A DNA stretch of 63,365 nucleotides, filler included, from Intoshia linei (Eukaryota > Animalia > Orthonectida), in the NCBI GenBank assembly GCA_001642005.1. It is 7 parts of 7 records of this genome, joined end to end, with 100 filler letters (N's around TTAATTAATTAA, not from the genome) between each part and the next. Parts side by side here need not be neighbours in the genome. Positions count along the whole stretch, not along the records: positions 21,494 to 35,767 come from LWCA01000977.1; positions 35,868 to 55,117 come from LWCA01000748.1; 5 more parts are not named here. One strand, given 5' to 3'. A program made the position numbers and the translations under genes. Each line of letters starts with the position of its first letter. Positions within the stretch are counted from its first letter, which is position 1. The notes beneath the pieces were generated by a model, which worked only from the letters and a program-made list of their open reading frames with translations, was not told the origin of the DNA and did not search any database. Below are positions 25,038-39,549 of the stretch, in pieces.

Positions 25038-28000
25038 TTATTCAGATCTAAAGGCTGGGTTTTGAGTAATTTTGAATATTGGTTTGGATAAAGTTTTCAA
25101 TCTCTATAAAGTAATGATTAATATGCATTAAATTTTAATTATTGAAATTTACTCTTAATAATGGTCCATTTTCTTTTACAATTTTGTAAATCATAAAAAT
25201 TGGAATTATCAACACAGATAATATTCCAAATGTCCATCCAGTTATTATTGACCAATCTGGATATTCTTTATTTGCATATTTTAAATTTTCTATCCCAATC
25301 ATGCACAAAATTAAAAGTATCTAATATTCAAATAAATACATACGAATAAAATTATAATCATTGATATCAATTGATACATTACAATAATACAGACCGGATC
25401 ATATGTTTTGAGCACTTAAATAAATTTTCTATAACTTTATAAAAAGTTGATTCCCACAAATTTTTTTAATACTACATTGTATTACGATTGCATGTATGAT
25501 AGGGAGTTACTAACTAAAATTCCACTATGCGTGTGGTAACATTTGAAATTTGTTAGCATTTCTATATTTTACACGCAGTGTTAAAAATGATTTTAAAATT
25601 CAAAATTTTTTCATATTTCCCTCCTGAATAACGTGTATAATAATATATGTATTACAATAGAAAAAAGCGGTGATAAAAACATTAAACAAGCTTTCATGTA
25701 GAATGTGATAATCTTTGTGAAGCAATTTGACTTATAGCCAATCATACTTTCTATTTTTTCGAAATATTTATTAACACCTAAATTTGTTTAAATGATAAAA
25801 ATAATTATAATTACCATATACGTTTATACCAATTATTTCGCATAAAGCTATAAAAATGCACATTTTACTGCCTAGATAATGATCCAAAAATTGAAAAATA
25901 TACATTCCCCCCTAATATATTATTTAGATAAATGTATTAATATTTTTATATTTAATTACATTTATTTACATATATATGTTATTATTTAATAAGATAAATT
26001 TACTTCAGTCACCATTGATATTCCGGTAATATACTGAATAAAACAACAAATAGCAGTAATTATTATTCGCCTTTTTCCAGCGGTTTTTATAATGTTTGAA
26101 TCACATATAGCTGTTACAAAACCTTCTACTCCAACAAACTAAAAGTAACTAAAAAACTACAAAAAAATTCAAATATTTTTACTAATACAATTATATTATT
26201 TAACAATCTAAATCCAACTAATGAACAATGTTTACAATGAATTAATATAGCATACAATACACTGTATGTTACATTACTGTTGTATGTACTATGTAAAAAA
26301 AATTATGAAATGATAGTTTCAGGATATTAATACTTTTAAACGAATATTAAAGATAGCCTGAGAAGTAGGGTGTCACATCAAATATCAAAAATGAGACTGA
26401 AACTCAGATTTTTCTATTTCCAATATATATTGTTGTACATTGTCGCTTAATTATTTTTTGATAAAATATTATTGATGAAATACATTAGTTGGTTGATAAA
26501 TAACGTTGCAGATCTGTAAAATTTACATTTCTGAGGTTGACATTTTTTGTACTATTTAACTGTAATAATCTTTCTCAGAATTATTTTTATAAATTCTGCC
26601 ATCTTATTTAATTGTTTTTTTGATAGTAAAGATGTTACGTTATGAGGTTGATTTTTTCTGTATATTGACTGGAAAACTGTATTAGTCATAATTTTTAAAT
26701 TTCTGGGATTCTAAGTTTTTAAAATAAATTACTATGAATGAATATAAATTGATTTGTTTGTCTGTGTGTGTATTATCGTTTATTTTAATAATTACGAATC
26801 TTAGAATTTTATTAATATGTATTTTTATTATTATTTTTATTATTTATTTTATTATAATTAAAATTTCAACCTCCTAAACTCATATTTTACCGGTCAAAAA
26901 CCCCAATTATCTTTTCTTTTGAAAATCGAACGAATTCGAGAATTTAAAAAAATATATCTTAAGGGCCAAAACCCCAAATTACCCTTCTTTTTTTAATGAA
27001 AACAGCCCTAGAATTAAAAAAAATTACAGGTGGTACAGTTGTATCTTGTTAACAAACACAAAAAATTTCAATCCAAATAAATGATGACTTCCCGGTCAAA
27101 AAAAGCACTTTAGTATTCATATATATTTTTTTCGAAATATTTTATTAAAAAAAAAAATGTGAAATAATTAACGGTCCAAAAATTAAAAAAAAAATTATTC
27201 TGATATAGTTTATTCCAGTTGATATAAATACCAAATTGCAACCCCAGAAATCTACGCATTCCCGATGAAAAATAATTTTTAATATATTATCAACCAATAT
27301 TTTTCAAATATTTCGAATTGACAATGTTATTATGATATTTATTATTATGATTATTAAATGTAAAATAAAAATTGAAAATGTAAATATTGATCCTATAATT
27401 TCAAAAAAAAAATGTGGATTTACTATTTTGTCTTTATTTTTAAGATTATACACTCGTTATCTCTAATAAATGGGATCATAAAATTTTTAAAATTCTATAC
27501 AGAAATGTTAGCCAAATAAAATTAAATGGAAATTATTCATTTTAAATTAAAAGGTAAAGTGGAATTCAGTTTAGGAATGACTTCTTTACATGATTGTTAA
27601 TAATGAGTAGCATTTTTAATTAACATTTTATTATTGAATTTATTTTTTTGGTAGAATTAGATAAGTCCGCCGTCGGCAGAGCTAAATGTTGTTTGTACGT
27701 AGTATAAAACACCCAAGCTAGTATTTTATATAAATAATAATTAAATCAATGTACCTGGCTATCTAATCCCAATAAAAACATCATAAAAAAGAATACAGCA
27801 GACCATAGGCTGGCGTATGGTAAGTTTAATATTGCACGTGGATAAACAATAAATGTCAAACCAGGACCTAAAAATTTTTTATTAAAATATATTCAATAGA
27901 TAAATAATGTTTGAATTAAGCACATTAATCACAATAATATCAATATACATGTAATACTAACAATTAAAACATTTTTAAACTTCAAATTCAAAGTTTTTGG

Positions 28001-31000
28001 CCAATAACTAAACCTAATTTCTACAAAAATGCTAACTAATTCAGTGTATACCAACGGTTCCAAACATACATATATTTACTTTGATGCATAGAAAAAATAA
28101 CACATCAATCAAAAATGTACAAAGAACTAATTAATGAATTCATTCATTCTCTTAAAGGGGAAAAAAATGCATTTCTTTTCTTAATAAACACAAATATAAA
28201 TCTCAACCAAAATTGGACGTATGGTTGACAAACGAGGTAGCTGAGCGATCTCTCTCAAGGCTAAATATTTTAAAATTTTGCTCCAGAAAAATTTCAAAAT
28301 TAAGAAATAAACTAATTCTTGATGTGTAACTTTGATTAATCAACTAATGAGAATTCAGATAATAAACTATTTATCAATATTTTTTAAGAAAATCTTTATT
28401 TGCAGTGATAAAAATCACATAGTACTTTAAATATAAATACTAGTTTAATTTTTACTGAGACTAAAAGAAACTGGCAAAATTTCTAGTTTTTGAAACACCC
28501 TATTACATACATGTTACATGCCATATAAGAAATAATAACATTGTTGTCATGAATCATGGTCGTTTTTATATTGTAATTTAAAATTTACACTATACTACAT
28601 TTTAAAACACCCTATTCATTAGCGCATAATGTGAAATGCATTATGCCACCACAATTGGGATAAGATAAAAAATAACATTGATATTTTTAATTATATACAT
28701 CAAAAATAACCTGAAGCAACCACATTGGAAATATCCATGTTTAATTCTTTAGCCATAGCTCCCAACACTGAAAAAATGACAAAACCACCCATAAAACTTG
28801 TCATTGAATTTATCACTGAAAATATGACACAATCTCTAAATTTTAATAAATGATAATTTTTACATTTTTTATATTAAACTAAATAACCTCAAACAATTGT
28901 GCTTGTTGGAATTATAACTTCCTATTGCTGGAAGTGTACTTATAGCTATAGCATAAGAGAAAAAAATTTGAGTTCCTGCATCAATCCATACCTAGTAAGT
29001 TATTAATCAAATTAACTCATAAAATTTAATAACTTGTGATGTTTTTAACTTTTCCCAGTTTGGAGATAAATAATACAATACTCCTGTCATTGCGCCATCC
29101 ATAGTTAGTCCTCTAATTAATAATACAATGAGAAGTAAATACGGAGCAGTGGCAGTTATGTACATGACCTATCAAAGTCTTGAATAAATCATTATAAATT
29201 AATTAAAAATAAATACAAATTACAAAACCGTGCATCTTACAAATCATTAGTGCTCGATAATTTCGAAATATCACTTTTTTTTAATTACTCATTTAGAATC
29301 ATTCAGACTCTATGTGATTATCCGGTGTTGAAATTTGACCAAGTTGAGGACCCTCATTATATCATAATATCGTTATGTCAAATGTTATATTACACTTTTA
29401 TTCATTTTTGTCATATTTACTGTATTTTGTATTGTACAATATATTTGATACCTACCTTTCCTGATGTACGAATTCCTCTACAAATGCATAGAAAAACAAT
29501 AATCCAAGCTAATGTGAAACACAAAAATAAATCCCAACGAACAATGCCAATTTCATTAATACTATCAGAAAGATGCAAAACATTATTTCTAAAATAAAAA
29601 TTATTATAAAAAATAAATAAAAGCACATATATTGGTCTAAATCAGGGCTTTCCAACCTTTTTACATGCATCGGCCACTTTTTATATTTTTATACTTCAAA
29701 ATATATAAACACTAATACGCTTTGTTTTTCTGTGTGTGTTATCGGTTATTTCAATAACTACCAGTCTTAGAATTTTATAAAGTTCACATTTCACATTTTT
29801 TCCGGGGTGTTAGCAAAAAAATATACTCTCTGATACGGATTTTAAAATCATATATTTAAATTTAAAAAAATATACCTTCAGGGCCAAAACCCCAAATTAC
29901 CTTTTTTTTAATGAAAACAGCCCTACAATTTAAAGAAATTTATATATTATAAATCGGCCAGGCTTGGAAACTTGGTGTGAATTGTGGTTTACAAAAAATG
30001 ATGCCATGTAAACTTAAATATTTAAAATGATTATCTAATTTTGAAGGATAATATAAAGATTCAAAGAACTATTCAGCTGCAAAAATGCCGTTATCATTAG
30101 TAAATTATCACATGTAAATACAAACAGTTTAAAACCATCACACAGACTCGATGGGTACGACAATATACATTAAGATTAAAGTGTAAATATTACGTCCAAT
30201 ATTCTTCTGATGGACTAATAGTTCCATTACTACAGGCTGCAGTGGCTCCATCAAAATCACAATCTGACCATGGTAACGAACTTGTAAAAGAAGCAAACAG
30301 ATACCTAAACACCCATGCAATTATAACATTATAATATGTGCTAATAATCCATCCAACTACTAAAGACGCTAATCCTACTCCTAAAAATAAAAATATATGG
30401 ATTCAATCATGCATGTTTTCATTTTCAGATATGATAGTCACATTCAGATAAACTAAGTGATGATGGAGTCAGAATCAGGATGCCCAAAATTAATGGTGAT
30501 AAAGTTGCTACATGGATCATTGATCACTATCATTTTCTGTTACTTAAAATTCATAGATTTTTATAAAGTCAAAGATACTCTAAATGACTAAATGAATTAA
30601 ATGCAAATCGTCTCATTGTTTAAGCTAGAAAATGTCAAATACACCATATTCTGTGTAATAAAAAGTTTCAAATTTCTATGCTGATTACTTTACATCAAAT
30701 AAAAAAGGCCTTTTAAACGCAAGTTACAGTGTATAGATGTCATTCAAATACAAATTTTCTGAAAAAAATTAGTAAAAATCACCTTTAAACAAAGGACAAA
30801 TATTCCAAACTCCATACGCTCCTTCCTTTAACAATTGTCCCATTGATACTTCAAGAAAAAATAATGGTATTCCAGTTACAATTACGCATATAAAATATGG
30901 TATTAAAAATGAACCTAAAATTAAAAAAATTAATCTTAATTTTTTAATCTTTAATAAAATACAAAAACGGTTAAAATTTAAATATTCGTTTTTAGTAAGT

Positions 31001-31462
31001 TATAATTAATTTCAATAAATAAACCTCCTCCGTGTTTATGACATAAATAAGGAAATCTAAATATATTTAATTCAATTTAAAATTTAAAGACAATATATAT
31101 TTTCCCTCGTTCGTACTCAACACCAACAGGTTTCAATGCAGAACTCTGACATGTACGATATAAAATGTATATAGTACACTAGAATGTAACCTTTTAAAAA
31201 AATAATCGAATTATCTGGCCGTTTTGTACTAATGTCCTATATTTATATCGTAAAAATCAAGGCGTTGAGAACTAAATAGTAATGTTTCTAAGCTACTTAT
31301 GAAGCCCTAATGTATTCAATAAGTGAACAATTACCTCCAGATATTACCAAATCCGACAGAAAACCCGACACATGCAAACAAGAAATCGAATTTGGTCGCC
31401 CAAACATCTCGTGCAGAAATCTGATTTGACTCTTTCTTTAGGATAAATGTATCGTTTTCCAT
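25038..31462 (-). CDS. SLC6 sodium:neurotransmitter symporter, paralog B (apparently complete, amino-acid/GABA-type TM1)
   Basis: ATG at 31462. Motifs [74 protein letters not shown] and YPDW...GW. Stop at 25038-25040. Confidence 0.92.
26740..27320 (+). repeat. Dispersed Helitron-like non-autonomous repeat (copies at ~23140-23450, 29710-29940, 44590-44990, 56670-57305)
   Basis: Shared core agggccaaaacccc..aaattacc..aaaacagcccta..acaggtggtacagttg, a (TG)n tract near the 5' end and a ..ggtcaaaaaagca.tttagta 3' motif. No TIR. Class is inferred. Confidence 0.55.
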
Positions 31463-32865
31463 TATCTACTAAATTGTATAATGAATACACATTACACATC
31501 AAATAACTGGAACAAGAATTAAAGCTAACGTTCTCAGGTTTGTGCGTTAATTGTAAAAATGGTTGTACAATGTATTCTCAACAAATTTAAAATTTAAAAT
31601 TATTGTGGAATCAAATTACAAATACAACGAAAATGAACACTTATATTTATTAATTACAAATACAATGTAATTTCAACAGATTGCACTTATTTTACAGGGG
31701 TCTAATACATTTGATATTGGTATTTAATTTCTTGCAACCAATTTTCATTTTAATTCTCATGTACATTAAATATTACAGCGATAGCCAAGTTGTAAGGTAT
31801 ATCGTCAAAATCAGTTTTTATTTTAGACTGGAGGACCTCCAGTGTGTGTGAGAAGTGTGAGCTGTGTTTAAAAGTTTTCCGTTGTGAACGGATGGTGTAC
31901 TTATATAAAAATACATTTTCCACAAAAGTGTTAAAATCAGTTAAATTTAAAATTTTTTAAAACAATTTTTATAATTTAATTATTTAAAGAAACAAGAGAA
32001 TTAACAACATTATGTAATAGTTTTTTCATAAAGTCGGTGTTCTAAATAATTAAATTATAAAAAATATATAATAAATTAACCAATGGTTCTTAACCTTAAT
32101 TAAACCTCAGAAATTAGTATCTTAACATTTTATCAACTAAAACTTTAAAATTTACAAAATAATAAATTAAATTAAAAATTAAAACTGAGCATTGAACATA
32201 TGGATGGTCATTTTTCTATTGGGTAATAATTATGAATAAATCTAAGTTTCGATCTCAGATACTCTTCGTTTTCTGTCATTATCAAAGAATTAGTATACAA
32301 AGTGTATCTAAATATGCCATGTTGATATTAAATAATACTTAATTGGAATGAACCTAATAATCACATTAGAATGTAAACAAGAGTACAAAAAAATCATCAA
32401 AACGTAATATTGAAGTGGGTTACCTTTTGAACAATCAATATATAATTGAGTATAATATATTTAATTATATTTACCTTGACAGAATAAATATCATTTAAAC
32501 GTGTCCGACATAAACGTAACAAAGATTGATATTTTTCAGGTCCCATTAAAAATTGATTGGTCGATCTTGATTTCAAAATGCAATTAGTAGTCTATATATT
32601 AAATTAATTGTAATTTACATGTATTAATGATTATTTATTTTATTCAATTTATTATTATTATTAAAAATAAATTTAAAAGTTTGTGTTATTACAAACACGG
32701 TTAACTTGTATCAAATTTCACAATACCTTAATTTTGATGGATAATATTAAATGTTATTTATCATTTTACGTAATTCAAAAAAACTGTCAAAATTAAAAAA
32801 AATTAGTTTATATATTCACATATCAATAATAACGTAGCCTTTGTTTCCAATAATTCTCTAACGCA

Positions 32866-33198
32866 ATGGTGAATTATCGGAAATTTTCAAATAGTCTAAG
32901 AAGGTTCAGCAATACCATTCAAAGTCAATTTACAAGAAACAAAATTAATATAATTGATGAATTCAATGACAAACATCATAGTCTTTTAGAATGTAAAAAT
33001 TCAATACATGGAATCGAGGCATATAAAAGTATAAAAGCCATTGAAAAAATATGGAAAAAAAAAAATGTTAATAAGCAAATTAATGAAATTGAATTATTAC
33101 AAAATTTGAAGAATTTACTGTATAATTGCTATTACGGTATCTTATTTTTGTTTTCGTACTTGGAATGTAAAATAGCAATAATAAAAACCAATTTATAA
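32866..33198 (+). CDS. Possible first exon of an unidentified gene
   Basis: 110-codon ORF with ATG and a plausible GT donor at ~33137; no recognisable motif. Confidence 0.25.
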   Translation: MVNYRKFSNSLRRFSNTIQSQFTRNKINIIDEFNDKHHSLLECKNSIHGIEAYKSIKAIEKIWKKKNVNKQINEIELLQNLKNLLYNCYYGILFLFSYLECKIAIIKTNL

Positions 33199-33897
33199 CC
33201 CCATTTCATCAATATAATTTTCGCGGGCCAGTGAAAAAATATTGTAATTTAGAGTTGATTACAAATAGGCATTATTAATGGAGTAAATAGCTATTTATTG
33301 TTTTTATATATTTTTCTGACTTTCACATTAAATTATAATCATAGAATATTATATCACGATATAGTTTCACCGGAATTTAATGTTTTTAATCCTACACCCT
33401 ATTTGATAGACGAAATTTTTTGATACTGCATAGTAAGTCTGTTCAACTTTTGTTAATAATTATAATTGAATTGAAAATAACAAATAGGTTTTTACAATTT
33501 TATTTTTTCTGGAATTTGTGCTTATTATGACAATTTTTAGGGTTGTACTGTTTTTACATTATTTTTTAAGATTATACAACACGTTCTGTCTAATAAATTA
33601 AAAAATTATGATAGCAATTGTTTTTTAAATTCTTAACACAAATGTTAACAAAACTAAATTAAGATATAACAATTCAATTTAAAGTAAAAGATAATGTGAT
33701 ACGATGGTTCCATGTGAAACCAGTTTGGGAACCACGCCTTTAAATGATTAATAAGTGAATAGCATCCTTTTTAAGTTAGATTTTCAACTTGAATGTATTT
33801 TATTTTGCTAACAAATTTTGAAAACAAGCATAGTCTCGTAAGGGTTAATGGAATACAGTGAAAACTCCCTATAAGCACATCTATATAAAGTGTACAC

Positions 33898-35767
33898 TAG
33901 GGTGTCACATCGTTTTTAAATTTTGATATTTTTAAAGACGTACCATGTAGACTAGATGTATTTTTAAATGCAAACCAAGATGTAAAAGACCATTTTTAAA
34001 AAAAGTAAGTAACAACGTTGCGGTGATCAATTAAGTAATTAGATAAAATAATTGTAAATTTAAGTTTATTTTTTTAAATTTCTAATAAAATCATCAAAAT
34101 CTATTCAAAACTGACACTATATTTTGGATTTCTACTTCGTTTTTGAAAAATCTGAGGCTCTTTTGTATTTTTGTAGAGCTCTTTCGGCTGCATCATTCAC
34201 AATTGGAGCAATATCAATATTTATTAAATTTTTGTTTATATAATAATTGTGATTATTATACTTAGTTTTAGCTACTCGAACTATACCTTTGAGATGAATT
34301 GATTCAGTAGCTATTATTTCCCAAAATTGAAACATTTCTTTGTTATTTTTAGAAGCAACCTTGGGATCCCCACAATTTAACCAATATATTATGTGACCAT
34401 AATATATAAATACTATAAATGACTTTATATTTTCCGATTTGTATATACCAAGAATGTATGATTTTAAACAATAAATAATTAAAATAAAATTAATGTTTTA
34501 TCTTAACGGCCATTTTTAAATCTATGAAATTTAATCTTTATCAAGAGATTTATAATCAAAATTGATATAGAAATGATATTTTTGTTGACTCAACAATGAA
34601 CAATTCAATTTTAAGTTCAGTGAAGTGGACAATTTTCCTTTGATATTGTTCTATTTCATTACTGAATATTAATTTTTAATCTTTGTTAATTAAAATTAAT
34701 CTTGCTAAATAAAATTTAATATTTTAAATTCCTAATTATTTATACATTTTTGTGTATTGTTTCATTCCGTTATTTAATTTACAATTTTATTAACACAAAA
34801 TAATAAACCAAAACATGTCTAATAGAAAAGTAGACATATTTTGTGGTCCTTTTATTGATTTCAAATTTAATACATCAAAATTTCCAACATATAAAGAAAT
34901 TCTAAAAAGAATAGTGAACTTAGAGAGAAATAAGCAAATATATGTGTTTAATAATATTTCCAAAGAAATACTGGCTATATACAAAAAGTCTGATTTGAAT
35001 ATTATTACAGAATTAGCAATTTACAGAAAATTGAATAAATTTAATGACGAATATAGAATTGTAAAAATATAATTTATTTAATAACATTATTTGTTATTTA
35101 TATAATATTTAGGTGTCTAGAAGTTCCCAAACAATGCAAGCTAAATTATTCTCAAATAAATTAAATACTATTTTCGATTGTACTAAAATTAATCAATCTA
35201 ATAGTCTAATAGAGGATATTGAGTTTTTAGAAGCTTAAAGGAATGATATTGGTAACATGGCAGGTTCTTCAACTATTGAAAATCCTTATAGTTATTGTCA
35301 AAATAGAATAAAACTATCAACTTCTAAAAAGTTACAGAAAACTAAAAACCAAACTCAAAATTACTCAAAAAATTATTACATATATTCATTTAGTGATGAT
35401 TCAAAGAATTCGAATGAAAGTAATAATGATTTATCAGAAAAACTGAGACAGTGTGATAAACAAAATATCTCATTACGAGGTTCTGCTTCTTTAATGGGCG
35501 TATCGCATGAAACCATGCGCCGAAGACTGAATAATCAGAGAAATAACGATAAAAAATTGTTATATAAAAAAGTACAAAAAATGAATCATGTAGTTGTTTA
35601 TTATGATGGAAAAAAGTTTGATAAAGTGGAAAGAATGGCTGTTGTGATAATTTATGTAATTGACAAATATGAGGTGATATTGGGAGTCCCTCAACAAAAT
35701 GACTCTAGAAATATAACAACTAGTAATACCGTTATAAACTTAGTAAAAGAATGGAACATTCAAAGTA
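33898..35767. mobile_element. hATm-like DNA transposon remnants: 3' part on the minus strand (33898-~34400), 5' part on the plus strand (34815-35767)
   Basis: TAGGGTGTCACATC terminus (also at 26366). Minus strand gives IVNDAAERAL; plus strand gives VVYYDGKK..ERMAVV..EVILGVP..VINLVKEWNI. Family name recalled from motifs, not verified. Confidence 0.6.
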
Positions 35768-35986
35768 NNNNNNNNNNNNNNNNNNNNNNNNNNNNNNNNN
35801 NNNNNNNNNNNTTAATTAATTAANNNNNNNNNNNNNNNNNNNNNNNNNNNNNNNNNNNNNNNNNNNNTTTTTATTATATAATTTTAAATTTTTCGTAGTA
35901 TATTGTATCCTCTTTGGAAAATTATATTTTTTCTATAGAAATTTGACTAATTTAATTTTAATATCCCAAAAATGGTTACATTAAAC

Positions 35987-36348
35987 CAGTGATTCCCAAC
36001 CTGTGGGTATTTACCCACGAGGGGGTAATTTGATATTTTTTATGGTTCATCGCGAAATTTTTTCTAAAAAAATACGAATTTTTTTATTTTTTTTGTGTCG
36101 CATGCACAGTAACGTATGAAATATAATTTTTCCCATTTAGTCTTTTAGGGTCAAAAACACAATTTCCCATTTTTTTTACTATTGTAAAATAAGTTTTTTA
36201 AAAAATTTTAATTAAATTTACTATTAAAAAAATTATATGGCTTATTCTAAAAACCTGATCATCCAAAATGCAGTTAACCATATAGTGGGTAATATCAAAA
36301 TAAGAAATATAATATGGGTAATGTAGTAAAACAGGTTGGGCAATACTG
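35987..36348. mobile_element. hAT (Charlie/Buster-like) MITE
   Basis: TIRs CAGTGATTCCCAACCTG / CAGGTTGGGCAATACTG with perfect 8-bp TSD CATTAAAC. Confidence 0.85.
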
Positions 36349-37430
36349 CATTAAACAGTGAATCACAGTAAAAAAATTTCTAAATAGTTAATCACAGTTG
36401 ATCAAAAAGATTTCCCAAATTAAGTCACTGTGATTCACTGTTTACTGAGACCCTCCCAAAAATATATTCTAATGTATATTATTTTCAGAATAATGGTCAC
36501 TTTTCACTGATTGTATCATGACTAAATGCAGAGACGAACCTACCCAGCTCGAAGCCACACGAAATCGAAAAATAGGCCCCTAAAATTTTTTCACAAACTA
36601 TGCAGTGCATAGTGTGATATAGTTCAAATGACCTCTCTAAGGATCTTGACTTTATATTTTAAATTTAACACACAAAATGGTTTTGATTTTTAAGAATATA
36701 ATTTTTTTAATGCTACATTTAGAAAAAATAGGCATCATTTTACAAAAATTTTGTCGATCCCCATAAGGGTCTCGCGTACGGTAGGTTCTGAACTGACTAC
36801 ATGTTTAGATTATTTTATGTAATCGGCTAATTGAGTTTAATTTACTAAATATACACTCTAAATGAAAATTCGAATATAGCAGAACAATAGACACCTCCCG
36901 TTAAAAACATAATTCTACAGAAAATTTGAATATCTGAAATTATAGATAAAAAAATATAAATATGCATTACATAATAAACAGGGTATAGGATTTATTAATT
37001 ATTAAATGTATACTTTAATGTAATTTTATTTATTAGTGTCCAATTTCTATCCACAGCTTAAACGGTAAATATGCCCATGCACTCTATTCCGCTGCTTTGA
37101 AACGTGATGAACTAAAGAAAATAGAAAATTCGTTAAATACAATTTCGGTATTGAAATTTTACTTACCAATATTAATAAATATAATACACATTTCGTAACT
37201 ATATTTATTTAGAATATGCTTACTCAAAATAAGAATATACGGGATTTTATATACAACCCATGTAACAAAAAATCTGATAAACGTGGTTTATTTTAATATA
37301 ATGTATTACAGGTTTTTTAAACAAGAGACTACGAGTCCAAGTGGGGTCGCGTGATTGACTTTTTAGTTTTTATAAATTTTTAAGAAAACAATGCACCAAG
37401 AGAATGCATCTTAAATATTTATATTTGTAT

Positions 37431-38352
37431 TACAAACGAATTCTTATTTAACTCAAAAAATTCCTGATTAATGGACTGAATATTTCTGAAGTACAAAAAT
37501 TATATTCAGTAATTTATAATTTATAATTATACTAAAACTTTTTTGGTTCAAATTAAAAGCTTTAGAAACGTAAAATATTTTATTTTTTTTTTGATTAATA
37601 ATGATAATTTTGTTAGACTATTAATTATGTGAAATAAAATGACCTGCAAATATAGGTTAAGTGGAATGAAAATCAAAATAATTTATTTTTTTATTTGTTT
37701 TAATGCAGTAATTTCCGGTTCAAATAGTGTACGAACCCCCGTTTTAAAATATTTATTTTTTTGGACCCCAAGGGAAACATGAAATATAAAAAATTAATAA
37801 AAACATTAAAGGTTTTTCATTATAGGGTTTAATAAAATTGTGTTTTTCAAAAAAATATTGGAAAAAGGACATTTCCGATAATCGTTGATAATATTGAAGT
37901 TTATTTTAAGGTTGGAATAAGATGTTTTTTTCTTAAGATTTGATAAAATCCTGTTTTACCCTTAATGATTGGTAAAATTGGATTTTTTATTTTGTGGTTT
38001 GTAAAGTGGATTTTTTTCTTAAGGTTTTGTAAAATCGGATTTTTCCCTTGTAGCTTGAAAGTATTTTTTATTCAATTTTATGAATGATGGGATAAAAGTG
38101 GAATTTTTTAAATAATATTGTAACGGTTATCTAGGCTTTGGGATAATTAACATCTAGAAACTCTATAATAAATATTAAAAATTTATCAAAATTTTTCTAT
38201 ATTTTATTTGAATCTCACGGACCCAGGCATATAATTTTAGACCCCAATCGAAATTAACTGTTTTAATGTAATCATTATTTACAAAAATTCCTCGTTAACG
38301 GAATGATATTTTTTTCGGAACCATTTATTCGTTAACGAGGAATTAGCCTGTA
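37431..38352. mobile_element. Composite MITE: TA-flanked Tigger-like element carrying a nested hAT MITE (37706-38260)
   Basis: Right end GGAATTAGCCTG-TA. The nested element is flanked by the perfect 8-bp TSD TTTTAATG. The same composite occurs inverted at 51653-52721. Confidence 0.75.
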
Positions 38353-39549
38353 CTTTAAAAATATGAATTGACGTATGACGTATGCATCAAAAGTATAAAG
38401 TTTTGGATGTAATGTTAAATGATCATTATATTTTAGAAGCTTTGATGAGAATGAACCGTGAATCAAACTTATCCGAAACCATGAAAAACTTTATAAGTAT
38501 GGTTATTTCATGTTTTCTAAATTTCTAAAACTACTTCTGTAGAGGGATAGATTAGATGTGCCAATTGATTGACATTATTTATAATGTATTCCTATTTAGA
38601 CATTATTGCTAACAATGGTAGATTCAACTGTTTGTTGGAAATCTCTAATGTCTTTAAAGATATTTTGTCGGCTCACAATGGAGAAATTAAAGTGTTAGTT
38701 ACATCTGCCCGCGTAATTATTTATTTAAATTAATATTTGATGATTATAATTTGAGTTATTTTTATCAAAATTGAAAAATGAAATATTTTAATTGATTTAA
38801 ATTATATAGCCTCTCGATAGTTTAGAAACTAAAGAGCTTTCATTTGCTTTACAGTCGTACATTAAAAAGGGTCAAATCTTGAATATTGTTTCCAAAGTAT
38901 AATATTTATTCAATCATGATTTAATTTAAATTTCCGTTTTTATTATATTCCTGTCATTTATTCAATCTCAGTTTTAGATAGATTCCTCTCTTATTGGCGG
39001 TTTAATAATTCAGATTGATAATGATCGATATATTGATTTGTCCACTAGAAGAAAAATTAACGAATATGAATCTGTACTGAACGAATCCTTGAATTTATAA
39101 AAGTTGGCATGTCATTTTAAATAAAATATCTGACATTTTTCAAGATGTATATTATTTGGACTCTTAACTAACCTATCTAATTTGACGACTTGCTCTTATA
39201 CTTTAACATGCGTATATTGATCAGTGATCACCATAAAGGGAAATGATATCTTTTTTTAAGTATTACTGTATATTTTTATTTTGTGACCAATTTTCCAAAA
39301 ACAATGAAAAAATACTTAAGATATATTTGACATTACTAACTAGGGATAATTTTTTGTTTATAATTTATAACCTATAATTTGCTAAATTTAAAACACTTCA
39401 CAATTTTGACTACCACAGGGACTTGCTCCGTATTACGAAATACAAATCCAGTACACTTTAATAAATGATGGACCAATTTACAATTACAACTTTTAATTTA
39501 TAAAAATTAAATGAAATATACATTTCATCACGTCTATAACGTAAATATA

